A stretch of 64,000 nt of DNA, from IMG/VR virus record IMGVR_UViG_3300046171_000182, positions 1 through 64,000 of that record. One strand, written 5' to 3'. The stretch comes from a virus. The notes under the pieces are model-generated. The model had not been told where the DNA came from. It worked only from the letters and a program-made list of their open reading frames with translations, and ran no database searches. Positions 1 through 9,783 of this stretch are shown piece by piece (positions within the stretch are counted from its first letter, which is position 1; the number at the start of each line of letters is the position of its first letter). The translations under genes were made by a program, and so were the position numbers.

Positions 1-663
1 GAAACACCGTATACGCAAGATCCTTCATTTGGTCCGCTAGCTCTTCGAAATAGAAATGTGTTTAGTGTTCCAAAAGTTATTGCTGCAGATTATATTGAAA
101 CAACAAATCTTCCATCCGGAGAAAAGTCAGCCACAATTAAAGTCGACTTAACAACTAATTCATCTTACGTATCTCCGGTTATTGATATGCAAAGAGCAGC
201 GTTATGGTTGACACATAATAGAATTGATAATGCTGATTCTGCTGGATCTGGTCTAACTAATATTAATACTCCATTTAACTTTATCCCTGAGACAGACAAG
301 ACTGGTGGAACAATTATAGCTAAACACGTAACAAGACCTGTTACTTTATCTGAAGCTGCGGTTGGTTTAAAAATTATTCTTGGCGCAAATAGACCTTCTG
401 TTGCAGATTTTGAAGTATATTATAAAGCAATTAGTGATGATGCTAGATTTGAAGATGCGTCTTGGATAGAAGTAGCAAAAGAAAAAAATATTCCATCAGA
501 TGAAAATCCATCAATATTTAGAGATTATGAATATATTGTTGGTGGGCCCGGCGGACTTTCTGTTCCATTTAACCGTTTTATTATTAAGATCGTAATGAAA
601 ACATTTAACAATGCTAAAGTTCCAACATTTAAAGATTTGAGAGTTATAGCATTGGCGGTATAG
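1..663 (+). CDS. C-terminal part of a large virion structural protein (VrlC/DUF4815-like), truncated by the window start
   Basis: Frame is open from base 1; SPVID, FRDYEY and FNRFIIKIVM...VPTFKDLRVIAL ending typical of this T4-like marine phage protein. Confidence 0.7.
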   Translation, partial: ETPYTQDPSFGPLALRNRNVFSVPKVIAADYIETTNLPSGEKSATIKVDLTTNSSYVSPVIDMQRAALWLTHNRIDNADSAGSGLTNINTPFNFIPETDKTGGTIIAKHVTRPVTLSEAAVGLKIILGANRPSVADFEVYYKAISDDARFEDASWIEVAKEKNIPSDENPSIFRDYEYIVGGPGGLSVPFNRFIIKIVMKTFNNAKVPTFKDLRVIALAV

Positions 664-894
664 ATGGATAAATATCAGAAAGTTCAAGGAACGGATTCTC
701 TTTTTAGAGATCCTCATAATGGTGCAATATTAAATGTGAATGTAGATGAAATTAAAAGAGCAAAGATTTTAAAGGCTGAAAGAAAAAAGAAAGCCCTTGA
801 GTTTGAAGCCGTAAAAGAAGACGTAGAAACGATGAAACAAGATATGGCAGATATTAAAGGGTTACTTCAAAGATTGGTAGAAAAAAATGGCTAG
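664..894 (+). CDS. Conserved small phage protein with C-terminal coiled coil
   Basis: KVQGTDSLFRDPHNGAILN motif; commonly follows the VrlC-like gene. Confidence 0.6.
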   Translation: MDKYQKVQGTDSLFRDPHNGAILNVNVDEIKRAKILKAERKKKALEFEAVKEDVETMKQDMADIKGLLQRLVEKNG

Positions 895-1285
895 AACACT
901 TGTAGATCTAAATGACCTCGTAAGTACGTGGAAAGATAAAACTAACGAGATCAGTTACAAAATTGGTGATCTTGTCAATCTTACTACAACTGGTGATTCT
1001 GATTTAGTACAGGCAATTAATGAAATAGATTCTGACCTTAGTTCAATACAAGCTCAGGTCAATACTTTTGTATTTTTAGATTCTGCTCAGGTGGTAAATA
1101 TTATTACTGCGCCTGCCAATAATATTTTTCCAATCACCGCAACTGATTTAGAAGACTCTTCTGTAACTGAAGCTAAAATAGCAGATAACTCTGTTAGTAG
1201 TGCAAAATTAAAAAATCTACAAACATTAGTCATTTATGATTCTGCCGGAACAACGTTAAAAACCTTATATACAGCAGGAACGTAA
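887..1285 (+). CDS. Putative virion structural/fibre-associated protein
   Basis: TWKDKTNEI N-terminus, DLVQAINE and SVTEAKIADNSVSSAKL fibre-type motifs. Confidence 0.55.
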   Translation: MARTLVDLNDLVSTWKDKTNEISYKIGDLVNLTTTGDSDLVQAINEIDSDLSSIQAQVNTFVFLDSAQVVNIITAPANNIFPITATDLEDSSVTEAKIADNSVSSAKLKNLQTLVIYDSAGTTLKTLYTAGT

Positions 1286-1286
1286 C

Positions 1287-2336
1287 ATGGCAATCGTGAG
1301 GCCAATGAAAAGAGTTGGCTCTGATCTAAGAGCCATGACTTCAGCAGAAGTAACTCAAATCATCGATGAATGTATAAGATTATACGGTAATAATCCTGGA
1401 ATTAGTTTAACTGTTACTGCAGGATCTGCAGTCGGAGCATACGAAGCCAAACTTGGTGCGATTGTTGATCGACGTTTACCTGCAGGTCCAGCCAATGTAT
1501 CATCCAGTCCAAATCCTAGTCCAGGTTCAGCCCCGGCTTTTGTCGAAGTAAATTATATTAATACTTTACAAAGATATGAATACGGATCTACTGATTTTCC
1601 ATATAAAAAACGTAGTACTAGTTCTTATCAAGACTATTCTTATCCGTTATTTTATTACGACACGCCACCATACAATGGAACAAATCCTCCGTTTACGCCG
1701 TATCTTAGAGCAATGAGTTGGGTAGATATGTATGATACGTTTATTAAACAAGCTCTTATACGATTAGCTACTGGCACTACAACTCCGGCAGAAAATGCAG
1801 GAACCTATTTTACTTCTACTGCTACTTCAGAGACAGATGCAACTTTAGTTTCTTCTACCCCTATTGCAAAAGATACAATATCTGATGTGTCTGAATTTGT
1901 AACAGGTGGTTTACCAGAAGTTTTAGATCAGCCTGACGCGGCTGAGACTAGTTGGTATTTACATCGTGTTGATGCAGCAGCTGAAGGACCAGTTCCTTTA
2001 CCTGCTACAATATTTGGTAGTAACGATGATTTTAAAACATTAGATAAACCTAAATTTAGAGACATGCTTTTAGATCTAATGCAATACTGGTCATATGATC
2101 CGGCTAACTCTACTAATACATCAATACGATATCAATACGGCACTAGTGCTTATCTCACTGGTCAGGGTATGAATCAAAGAGGATCTGGTATAACAGATAC
2201 ATACACAACAACGTATTATGAAAGAACTGGACAAAACGTGCCTGATCCAAATGCGACTGAATATTATTCTCAACAAGTTCCAGGTGGAACTGCGACAGTG
2301 CAAAGTACAAATTATTTAGGAATAGGATTATTCTGA
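1287..2336 (+). CDS. Putative virion structural protein
   Basis: 349-aa T/S/G/P-rich ORF in the tail module. Confidence 0.5.
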   Translation: MAIVRPMKRVGSDLRAMTSAEVTQIIDECIRLYGNNPGISLTVTAGSAVGAYEAKLGAIVDRRLPAGPANVSSSPNPSPGSAPAFVEVNYINTLQRYEYGSTDFPYKKRSTSSYQDYSYPLFYYDTPPYNGTNPPFTPYLRAMSWVDMYDTFIKQALIRLATGTTTPAENAGTYFTSTATSETDATLVSSTPIAKDTISDVSEFVTGGLPEVLDQPDAAETSWYLHRVDAAAEGPVPLPATIFGSNDDFKTLDKPKFRDMLLDLMQYWSYDPANSTNTSIRYQYGTSAYLTGQGMNQRGSGITDTYTTTYYERTGQNVPDPNATEYYSQQVPGGTATVQSTNYLGIGLF

Positions 2337-2349
2337 TGAAAGGTATATT

Positions 2350-3060
2350 ATGGCAAGATTTTCAAATAAGATTGAAAGTTTAAAATACGCCGATAGAGAA
2401 CACAAAACTATAGAAATTCTTTATAAAAATGGCGAATCGATAAATTCATATTACATAGAAGTAGACTATAATAATCAAGATTTTTTAGATCTCTTGAAAG
2501 AATATTCTATTGAAGATATAGAAGATCAAACAAAAGCGTATTATGATAATATTAATACTCGAAAGCAAGTTGTAGTTCAATCGTGGATTGAACAGGCTCA
2601 GGCTGTTTTAGACAAACAAGATAAAGAAAGATATGAGTTATTTGAAAAATATAAAAAAGAACAATTAAGAATATTAGAGGCTGAAGTCGAAAATCGTTTA
2701 CTCGATGCTGATAAGTATAAAGAAAAGCAACAAGAGTATCTTGATCAACAAGCAGAGCAAAGATTTAAAGAAGCTGAGCTTTATGTAGAGACTAGAGAAA
2801 AACAGGTTAAATCAGATTTATTAAGTAAATTCCGGCAGCCAATTTCTTCGTCGGCTCAGTATACTCCAGAAAAAGTTGTGAAATATATGATAGATAATTT
2901 TGAAGATGAAGACACTGTGTTCAAAACTAAATTAGAAATTTTTAATTTGTCTGAAGTTAAAAATAGTAAAGACCGTGAAATGAAAATGAAAGTACGTAAA
3001 GCAAAAACCGTACCTGAAATATTTGCAGCATATTATGACATACAACATAGTAACAGTTAA
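2350..3060 (+). CDS. Hypothetical protein with central coiled coil
   Basis: 236-aa ORF with an RBS (GAAAGG); E/K/Q-rich helical middle. Confidence 0.55.
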   Translation: MARFSNKIESLKYADREHKTIEILYKNGESINSYYIEVDYNNQDFLDLLKEYSIEDIEDQTKAYYDNINTRKQVVVQSWIEQAQAVLDKQDKERYELFEKYKKEQLRILEAEVENRLLDADKYKEKQQEYLDQQAEQRFKEAELYVETREKQVKSDLLSKFRQPISSSAQYTPEKVVKYMIDNFEDEDTVFKTKLEIFNLSEVKNSKDREMKMKVRKAKTVPEIFAAYYDIQHSNS

Positions 3061-3742
3061 ATTTGGAAACAAATATACATCTGATTTTGTTAACAAACTA
3101 TATAGGGACATTAGCTATTTTTCTAGAGGATATTATACTTCTGGCAGGTTTAAATTTTACTGCTACACCGATAATCCGGAAGGATTAATGCTTGGCATTA
3201 ACGTTATTCCTGCAAAAACAGATCCAACATTAAAAGGCGTATGGAATAAGCTACGCCTCTTTGATCCTTCTATGCCATACGTAAGAGAAGGACTTTATAA
3301 TATTTACTTGGATTTAGATACATTTATACAAGATTGTATCTTTACACGTTTCAGTCACTTTGGTGAAAAGGACTGGAGTACACTTCACGTGTGCGGCGCG
3401 CCGTGGAAAAACGATAAGAAGAGATATGGTAGACTATCTAGTTATGATGTAACTATACATAGTTCTGTGATGTCGTGGAATGCTTTAAGTCAATTTGAGA
3501 TATGGAATCATTTTCAGCAATCAGCGGTTTACGTGATTATTATATGAGAAAATACTCAGGTGGCATGGATAGATTCTTGGCTCATGAAGACATAAACATG
3601 AAAACATTCAAGCGTGATTTTGTAAGATCTATGAAATACTGATAAAAATATAAAAGATGCAGCCATTGTATCGTTTGAGGAACTAGATGTACGACTCGGA
3701 GATCTTATACCGAACTATAAAATTAAGCGAGAAAGTGTATAA
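3035..3742 (+). CDS. GT-A fold glycosyltransferase-like protein, broken by two apparent indels (~3520, ~3640)
   Basis: VKFGNKY..FVNKL, FYCYTD, WNKLRLF, YLDLD (DxD); continues in shifted frames as DYYMRKYSGGMDRFL and AAIVSFEELD. Confidence 0.65.
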
Positions 3743-4310
3743 CGAATCTATGTATGGGGTAGATGATCTCTATCGCATAAAAGATTTATCTCACTCTATG
3801 GATTATAATCATTGGGTTGGAAAAGAACATCTTGCAAAAAAGTTTTATAACTTATATAATCATGACGCCGGTAAATTATTAGTACTCGGCGGGTGGTACG
3901 GCATGATGGCTTATCAATTACGTAAGCAATGGCCGCAAAACCAAATGAATATAGAATCTACTGATATGGATCCTATGTGTGAAGAGTTTGGATACGAATT
4001 ATTTGGTGATGAAGACATTGCATTCTCCACCCTCAACATAAGTGACTCTTTTATTATAACACAATATACAGGGATTGTAAACACCTCTTGTGAGCATATG
4101 GAGCAAAAAGATTTAATTAATATAGTTAAATCAAAAGACCCTAATTGTTGGGTTGCTTTCCAGTCAAATAACTATACTGACTTAGATTCTCATATTAACT
4201 GTTATCCTACAGCTGAGATGTTTGCAGAAAGTTTAGGTCTTGATTGGGTTGCTGATGTTGATACTTTAGATCTTAGCGATTTTAAAAGGTTTACTGTCAT
4301 TGGAAAATAA
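3687..4310 (+). CDS. Class I SAM-dependent methyltransferase-like protein
   Basis: LLVLGGWYG glycine loop, STDMD, VNTSCEHM, FQSNNY motifs. Confidence 0.7.
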   Translation: MYDSEILYRTIKLSEKVYNESMYGVDDLYRIKDLSHSMDYNHWVGKEHLAKKFYNLYNHDAGKLLVLGGWYGMMAYQLRKQWPQNQMNIESTDMDPMCEEFGYELFGDEDIAFSTLNISDSFIITQYTGIVNTSCEHMEQKDLINIVKSKDPNCWVAFQSNNYTDLDSHINCYPTAEMFAESLGLDWVADVDTLDLSDFKRFTVIGK

Positions 4311-5193
4311 AATAGTATTCAGTATTTTTATTGATATTCCTGAAGATCGTTTAGATAATCCTGGATGGTATGATCAAGGCAAACAAGTTACAACCAATAA
4401 GAGTAAAGTAACTAAACTTGCTTTACTTAATAATGCTGAACTTGTAACTGAACGGCAAAAACAATATGCAAACGATATAGGTGCTGACTATATACTATTT
4501 CAGTATGATAGTACATATAAAAAGTTCTTCGATGATATAAAAAATAGGTTTACAGAGATCTCAGAATATGATATAGTAAACTTTTATAAGCATCGAGTAA
4601 TGAGGGACTTAGCCGATGAATATAATTACGTATGTTATCTCGATTTTGATGTTGTACCAAATACTACTGACTGTATATTTCAAGTACATAATGTAGATAA
4701 AATGTTAGCGGTTGCTGAATCTAATAGATTGGCAATACGTGGTAAAGTTATGAAGGCAGAAGATTACAACCTTTGCATACGTAATCCTGCCACAAAATAT
4801 TGGAATACTCATGCTCTTCTTATGGAAGAAGGATATGATCCTGAGAATGATGTATTTAATACCGGAATTATGGCGGCATCATCAGAAGTAATCAAACGAC
4901 TAGATTATTTTCGTGACTTTGAACATATTATAAAACTTATGAGTGAAGTAAAACATGATGAGTTTTCAATGTATCCAAAAAATATTCAACGTGTATTTAA
5001 TTATGATAACGAAACCGTCTTTTCATACTGGGTCAAAGCTCGAGAAATTCAAATACAATATATGGCAAAAGAATGGCATTGGCTAGTAGATGAATTAATA
5101 ACTGAACCAAAACATATAGATCCTAAAGCAAAAATATATCACTTCATAAACAAGAAAATGGAGTGGATAGAAGATATAAATAAGAACAAATAA
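4300..5193 (+). CDS. Putative glycosyltransferase (GT-A, DxD)
   Basis: QKQYA..IGADY, NFYK, CYLDFDVV, FNTGIM, DNET, IYHFINK. Confidence 0.7.
   Translation: MENKIVFSIFIDIPEDRLDNPGWYDQGKQVTTNKSKVTKLALLNNAELVTERQKQYANDIGADYILFQYDSTYKKFFDDIKNRFTEISEYDIVNFYKHRVMRDLADEYNYVCYLDFDVVPNTTDCIFQVHNVDKMLAVAESNRLAIRGKVMKAEDYNLCIRNPATKYWNTHALLMEEGYDPENDVFNTGIMAASSEVIKRLDYFRDFEHIIKLMSEVKHDEFSMYPKNIQRVFNYDNETVFSYWVKAREIQIQYMAKEWHWLVDELITEPKHIDPKAKIYHFINKKMEWIEDINKNK
5175..5182 (+). promoter_or_regulatory. T4-type late promoter TATAAATA
   Basis: Exact consensus 26 nt upstream of ATG 5208. Confidence 0.7.
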
Positions 5194-5207
5194 CCTAGAG
5201 TGTTCAA

Positions 5208-5559
5208 ATGGCCCAGTATGAAGAATTAACAATAGATAAAGGTACTGACGTTACTCTCCAATTAGAATTGGAAGATACTAACGGCAATGCGAAAAAATCT
5301 TACAAATCACACGGTTGCAGGTAAAGTTAAGAAAACTTACAATACGCCTGATGGCGAAGCGACTGCATTTACTGCCGAGGTAAAAGCTCCTGCTGCAGAC
5401 GGGGTTGTAAACCTTTCATTATCAAACACTCAGACAGGCGCCTTTAAAGCCGGGCGTTACGTATATGATGTAGAAATTTCTTTCGTAGATAGCGATGCAC
5501 AAACAGTGATAGAAAGAGTTCTTGAAGGCACAATCACAGTCACACCATCCGTGACATAG
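5208..5559 (+). CDS. Baseplate/fibre-associated (BppU N-terminal-like) protein; apparent extra A in run 5292-5297
   Basis: MAQYEELTIDKGTD... joins ...NLTNHTVAG...GRYVYDVEI...RVLEGTITVTPSVT if one A is removed. Confidence 0.65.
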
Positions 5560-5575
5560 CTTTAAGGAATTCCAC

Positions 5576-8500
5576 ATGAAGGTTGTTGTTGGTCAAAACA
5601 CGATCGTTAAAAAAATTACTGTTGGAACTCCACTGCGGGTGGGATCGGCAGCAAACGGTAGTTTAACTGGACTCGATGATGTTAACGGTTCCGTTAATCT
5701 CGCCAACGGTACAATTTTACAATATGACAGTAATTCAGGAAAATTTATTCATGTAAGTGCAGCTGATATAACAGGCAGCGGTCTTAATGTTAATGATGCA
5801 GGTGGATTAGGTTCACTTGTATATGATTCAGCAAATTCAATTATACAATACACTGGACCATCTGCTGATAGTGTTCAGTCACTATTCAATGCTACATATG
5901 ATTCAAGTGCTTTAGGTTCTCTATTATATTCTAATGGAACAATTAATCTCAATGGTCCAACAGCTGCTCAGATACGGGCTCTGTTTAGCGCTGGTAATGA
6001 TTTACAATATAATCAAGCAACAGGTGAATTCTCTGTAACAATTCCTCCAGGTGGTGGAGCAATTGGTGACGGAGGTCAAGCATTAAGTGTTAACACATCT
6101 GGCGATTATGGTTCATTATCATACGATGGTGCTAATGCTGTACTAACGCATGTGGGAACAAATGATTCAGATATTCGTGGATCAATTTCAGTTGGTGGTG
6201 ATCTTTCTTACGATCAATCAACTGGTACAATAACATATAATAAAAGAACAGATGCCGATATTAGATCACTTTTTAGTGGTGGTGGAGATCTAACATATAA
6301 TAGTACAACTGGTAATTTTAGTATTACAACCGGAGCACATTATCAAGATTCTGATGCTCGTCAGGTTTTCTCTGTTAATTTTATTGGTGATACTGCTTTC
6401 GATAGTAGCCCATATGGCGGTGCTTCATATAATTCTGCAACTGGCGTACTTACGATTAATGGTACAACAGATTCTAATATACGTAATTCTATAAGCCTTC
6501 AAGATTCTGGTGGCTTAGGGTCATTAACATACGATCCTAAAGAAGGTAAATTTGTATATAAAGGGCCTGAGCTTGCCGATATATCTTCTCTGCTCTCAGT
6601 TAATGAAGGTCCGACTTCATTAGGCGATCTATCTCTTGATTCTGCAACTGGAGCGATTAGATTTCAATTAGATGAAGATAGTATTAGAAGTTTAATAACT
6701 CTTGTATCTGATAATGAAGGTGGTACACATTTATCATACGACCATTCAACTGGTGTAATTACTTACAGAGGTCCAAGTACTTTAGAAGTACGCGATCTGA
6801 TATCTGTTGATTCAACAGCTAATACTGGCGATGGTTCACTTACATATCATGAATCATCTGGCGTGTTTACATATATTGGCCCAAGTCCTGCCGAAGTAAG
6901 AGCCCACTTCGAAGGTGGACTTGGAATTGATTATAACGAAGCTACCGGTACATTTAGACTAGATAGTACTGCAAATATTGTAACCGGTAGTATTGTTACA
7001 GGCAATTTAAGAGTAACAGATTCAGCTACGATTGAAGATGCCACAATAAATCAAACGTTAAACGTTGAAAATATTAATTCATTAGATCCTAATGGTGATA
7101 TTAATATTACTGCAGGTGATGATATTGACATCACTGCGCCAGATAAAATAAAATTAAATACTCCGCTTTTAATAACCTCATCTAAAACCCTTAACATTAG
7201 AGATTATGATAGTGATGCAGCTTCTCTTAACGGTAGTGGGATTGTTATTGGCGGTGGATCTAACCAAAAAAGTATTTTCTATCAGCAAAGTACTGAGCAG
7301 TTTGTAATAGGCGCAAATACAGGATTAGATATTACCGGACCTTTAACTGGTACTACTATTGATTCGTTAAATAAGCGTATAGACGAGTTACCTGATTCTG
7401 CTCAGATGAAAGGCATTCTATCTGCCGGTCCTGGTTTATCTTATGATAATGTCAATGGTATATACAGAATTACATCTTCAGGCGTCGTTGCTGGAACTTA
7501 CGGCGATGCAACTAATGTTCCAAGATTTGCTGTAGACTCATTAGGACAAATTGATAGTATTGGGTTAATTCCAATATCAACAGTTAATAACTTTCAGTTT
7601 GACTCTACAAGTGGTAATCTCAAGATTACAACTGCTACCGATAGTTATAATGTTGGCTTTACATTAGATCCATATTCAACAGTAAACCTAGTTGAAGATC
7701 CTAATGCTACTCCTAATACAGGAACAATGTATTATACAGATGCAAGAGTTGATTCAAACTTAGCATCAAGTAGATCAAGTCCAATTGTTCGTACTGGTGA
7801 CATTACCGGTGTAACATTAAATGCGACCGGGCCTACATCAGCTGGCGATAACGCTGCAATAGGTTACACATCATCTGGTGGTTTGATACTTACTGGTCAA
7901 GGTAGTGGTTACGATGTAACAATTAAGAATGATGCTGACAGTGATGTACTACGAGTTCCAACAGGATCAAAAGAAGTACAGCTAACAGGATTCTTATCAG
8001 GTCCACAAGAGTTTATAATCGATCCAGCAGCAGTTGGTGATAACACTGGTACTGTTAAGATCCTTGGTAACCTTCAAGTTGAAGGTACTCAAACGATTAT
8101 TAACTCTACAACAATAACTCTTAATGATAAGAACATTGTTATTGCTGATAGTGCTGCTGACTCTTCTGCGCTAGATGGATCTGGGATTACTTTCGGTGGT
8201 ACTAATGTTGTAGACAATCCGTCATTCCAGTACTCTCATGCCGACGAAAGATTTGTATTTAATAGAGATATTCAGGCTAATAGATTCTATGGTGCCTTCT
8301 CTGGACAAATTACATCTATTGGAAATCATACTACTGCGGATTTAGCAGAAGATTCATTTGCCACAGTATCAAGTGGTACAATGTACTTCACTCAAGCAAG
8401 AGCTCGTTCCTCAATCAACTTTGTTGATGCGGGTGGTGATGGATCTTTTGTTTACGATTCTGCAAGTGGAACAATGACATACACTGGACCAAGTCCAGTA

Positions 8501-9088
8501 GAAACTAGAGCACACTTCCAAGTCAATGATACTGGTGGAGACGGTTCATTAGGTTATGATTCCGCAAGTGGTAAGTTCACATATGTTGGTCCATCTCCTG
8601 CAGAAACTAGAGCACATCTAAATGTTCTTGATGCTGGTGGCGACGGCAGTTTCACATATGATTCTGCAACTGGTAAGTTTACTTACACAGGTCCTTCGCC
8701 GGCTGAAGCAAGAGCACACTTTCAAGTAAACGATACCGGTGGGGATGGATCTCTTGGATATGATTCTGCAACTGGTAAGATAACATACACAGGACCTTCT
8801 GAAGCTGAGTGGTATCAACATTTTGTAGATAACGCAGATAGCTTTGGTGATATGATTTGGGATTCAAGTTATGGAACCAAAGGTGGTCTGTCATTACATC
8901 AACGTCACATAATAAAACATCAAGAGGCGTTTGCTGACTCATTTATTAATTCGCAAGAATACTTCTTGTACTATAGTGGCACATTAGGTGGATTAAGAAA
9001 GGTTAGTGCAGATACACTCTCCGCAAGAATTGGCGGTGCTGGTGGTGGCGGAGCTGGCGGCGGACTGTTAAGTTATGTCAATCTCTAA
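5576..9088 (+). CDS. Long tail-fibre-like virion protein with internal repeats
   Basis: 1170 aa, G/S/T/D-rich; repeated GSLxYDSxTGxFTYxGP; GNLQVEGTQTIINSTT fibre motif. Confidence 0.75.
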   Translation: MKVVVGQNTIVKKITVGTPLRVGSAANGSLTGLDDVNGSVNLANGTILQYDSNSGKFIHVSAADITGSGLNVNDAGGLGSLVYDSANSIIQYTGPSADSVQSLFNATYDSSALGSLLYSNGTINLNGPTAAQIRALFSAGNDLQYNQATGEFSVTIPPGGGAIGDGGQALSVNTSGDYGSLSYDGANAVLTHVGTNDSDIRGSISVGGDLSYDQSTGTITYNKRTDADIRSLFSGGGDLTYNSTTGNFSITTGAHYQDSDARQVFSVNFIGDTAFDSSPYGGASYNSATGVLTINGTTDSNIRNSISLQDSGGLGSLTYDPKEGKFVYKGPELADISSLLSVNEGPTSLGDLSLDSATGAIRFQLDEDSIRSLITLVSDNEGGTHLSYDHSTGVITYRGPSTLEVRDLISVDSTANTGDGSLTYHESSGVFTYIGPSPAEVRAHFEGGLGIDYNEATGTFRLDSTANIVTGSIVTGNLRVTDSATIEDATINQTLNVENINSLDPNGDINITAGDDIDITAPDKIKLNTPLLITSSKTLNIRDYDSDAASLNGSGIVIGGGSNQKSIFYQQSTEQFVIGANTGLDITGPLTGTTIDSLNKRIDELPDSAQMKGILSAGPGLSYDNVNGIYRITSSGVVAGTYGDATNVPRFAVDSLGQIDSIGLIPISTVNNFQFDSTSGNLKITTATDSYNVGFTLDPYSTVNLVEDPNATPNTGTMYYTDARVDSNLASSRSSPIVRTGDITGVTLNATGPTSAGDNAAIGYTSSGGLILTGQGSGYDVTIKNDADSDVLRVPTGSKEVQLTGFLSGPQEFIIDPAAVGDNTGTVKILGNLQVEGTQTIINSTTITLNDKNIVIADSAADSSALDGSGITFGGTNVVDNPSFQYSHADERFVFNRDIQANRFYGAFSGQITSIGNHTTADLAEDSFATVSSGTMYFTQARARSSINFVDAGGDGSFVYDSASGTMTYTGPSPVETRAHFQVNDTGGDGSLGYDSASGKFTYVGPSPAETRAHLNVLDAGGDGSFTYDSATGKFTYTGPSPAEARAHFQVNDTGGDGSLGYDSATGKITYTGPSEAEWYQHFVDNADSFGDMIWDSSYGTKGGLSLHQRHIIKHQEAFADSFINSQEYFLYYSGTLGGLRKVSADTLSARIGGAGGGGAGGGLLSYVNL
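8426..8833 (+). repeat. Four tandem 102-bp (34-aa) coding repeats in A-B-A-B arrangement
   Basis: D(A/T)GGDGS(F/L)xYDSA(S/T)GxxTYxGPSxxExRAH repeated four times. Confidence 0.85.
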
Positions 9089-9099
9089 GTAACAAAACA

Positions 9100-9107
9100 T
9101 ATAAATA
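9100..9107 (+). promoter_or_regulatory. T4-type late promoter TATAAATA
   Basis: Exact consensus in intergenic region. Confidence 0.75.
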
Positions 9108-9137
9108 AAGAATAACTAATTTAAAAAGATATAGAAC

Positions 9138-9476
9138 ATGGCAGCAACATTTCATACTAGCTTTCAACATAATGTGGGTAAAACTACACATACCTTGTAT
9201 ACGGCTCCAACAGGATTGACAGGACGTCATCTTGTTGTTAGTTGTGTTGCTACAAATATATTTGGTTCCGCTTTACCAATAACCGTAAAGTTAGTTAGAG
9301 GAGCAACCGAAGTATTCTTAGCTTATAATAAAAGAATTTTAGCTAATGATACTGTAGATCTTCTTATAAATAACTCTAAGATCATGATAGAGGAATATGA
9401 TGAAATTCACACATCGGCTCCCGCTGACAATGCTTTCAGTATAATCATGACAATGGTAGAGGAAGTTGAAACATGA
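9138..9476 (+). CDS. Small virion structural protein
   Basis: TLYTAP...NI...beta-sandwich pattern common in marine phage tail modules; follows a late promoter. Confidence 0.55.
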   Translation: MAATFHTSFQHNVGKTTHTLYTAPTGLTGRHLVVSCVATNIFGSALPITVKLVRGATEVFLAYNKRILANDTVDLLINNSKIMIEEYDEIHTSAPADNAFSIIMTMVEEVET

Positions 9477-9751
9477 GTGGTAGCGATAACGGTGTTTATG
9501 GACATGATAATCAAGGTGGTATCTATGAAGGTACCGCGTATCATGATAAAACATTCTACGGTTTTAAACTAAGTCCAGAAACTGGAGATTGTACTGTAGA
9601 TGTTATTCGAAGCGATGATAGCGATGCTATCATTCTACCTCAACCAGATAATATTGGCGGCGACGATTATAAAGCGCATCTCTTTAGCATGGATGCAATA
9701 GATTTTGAATTTAACCATAGTACTGGCCATTTAAAGATGAAATTTCTCTAA
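9473..9751 (+). CDS. Hypothetical protein
   Basis: ATGA overlap with the upstream gene; FYGFKL...GHL pattern. Confidence 0.5.
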   Translation: MSGSDNGVYGHDNQGGIYEGTAYHDKTFYGFKLSPETGDCTVDVIRSDDSDAIILPQPDNIGGDDYKAHLFSMDAIDFEFNHSTGHLKMKFL

Positions 9752-9783
9752 TAAATAGCAGTATAGTAATATAGGATCGACAG

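Noticed and set aside
8426-8833. Possible CRISPR array or DGR template/variable repeat pair
   Set aside because: In-frame coding repeats without spacers or adenine-specific differences; no reverse transcriptase or cas gene in the window
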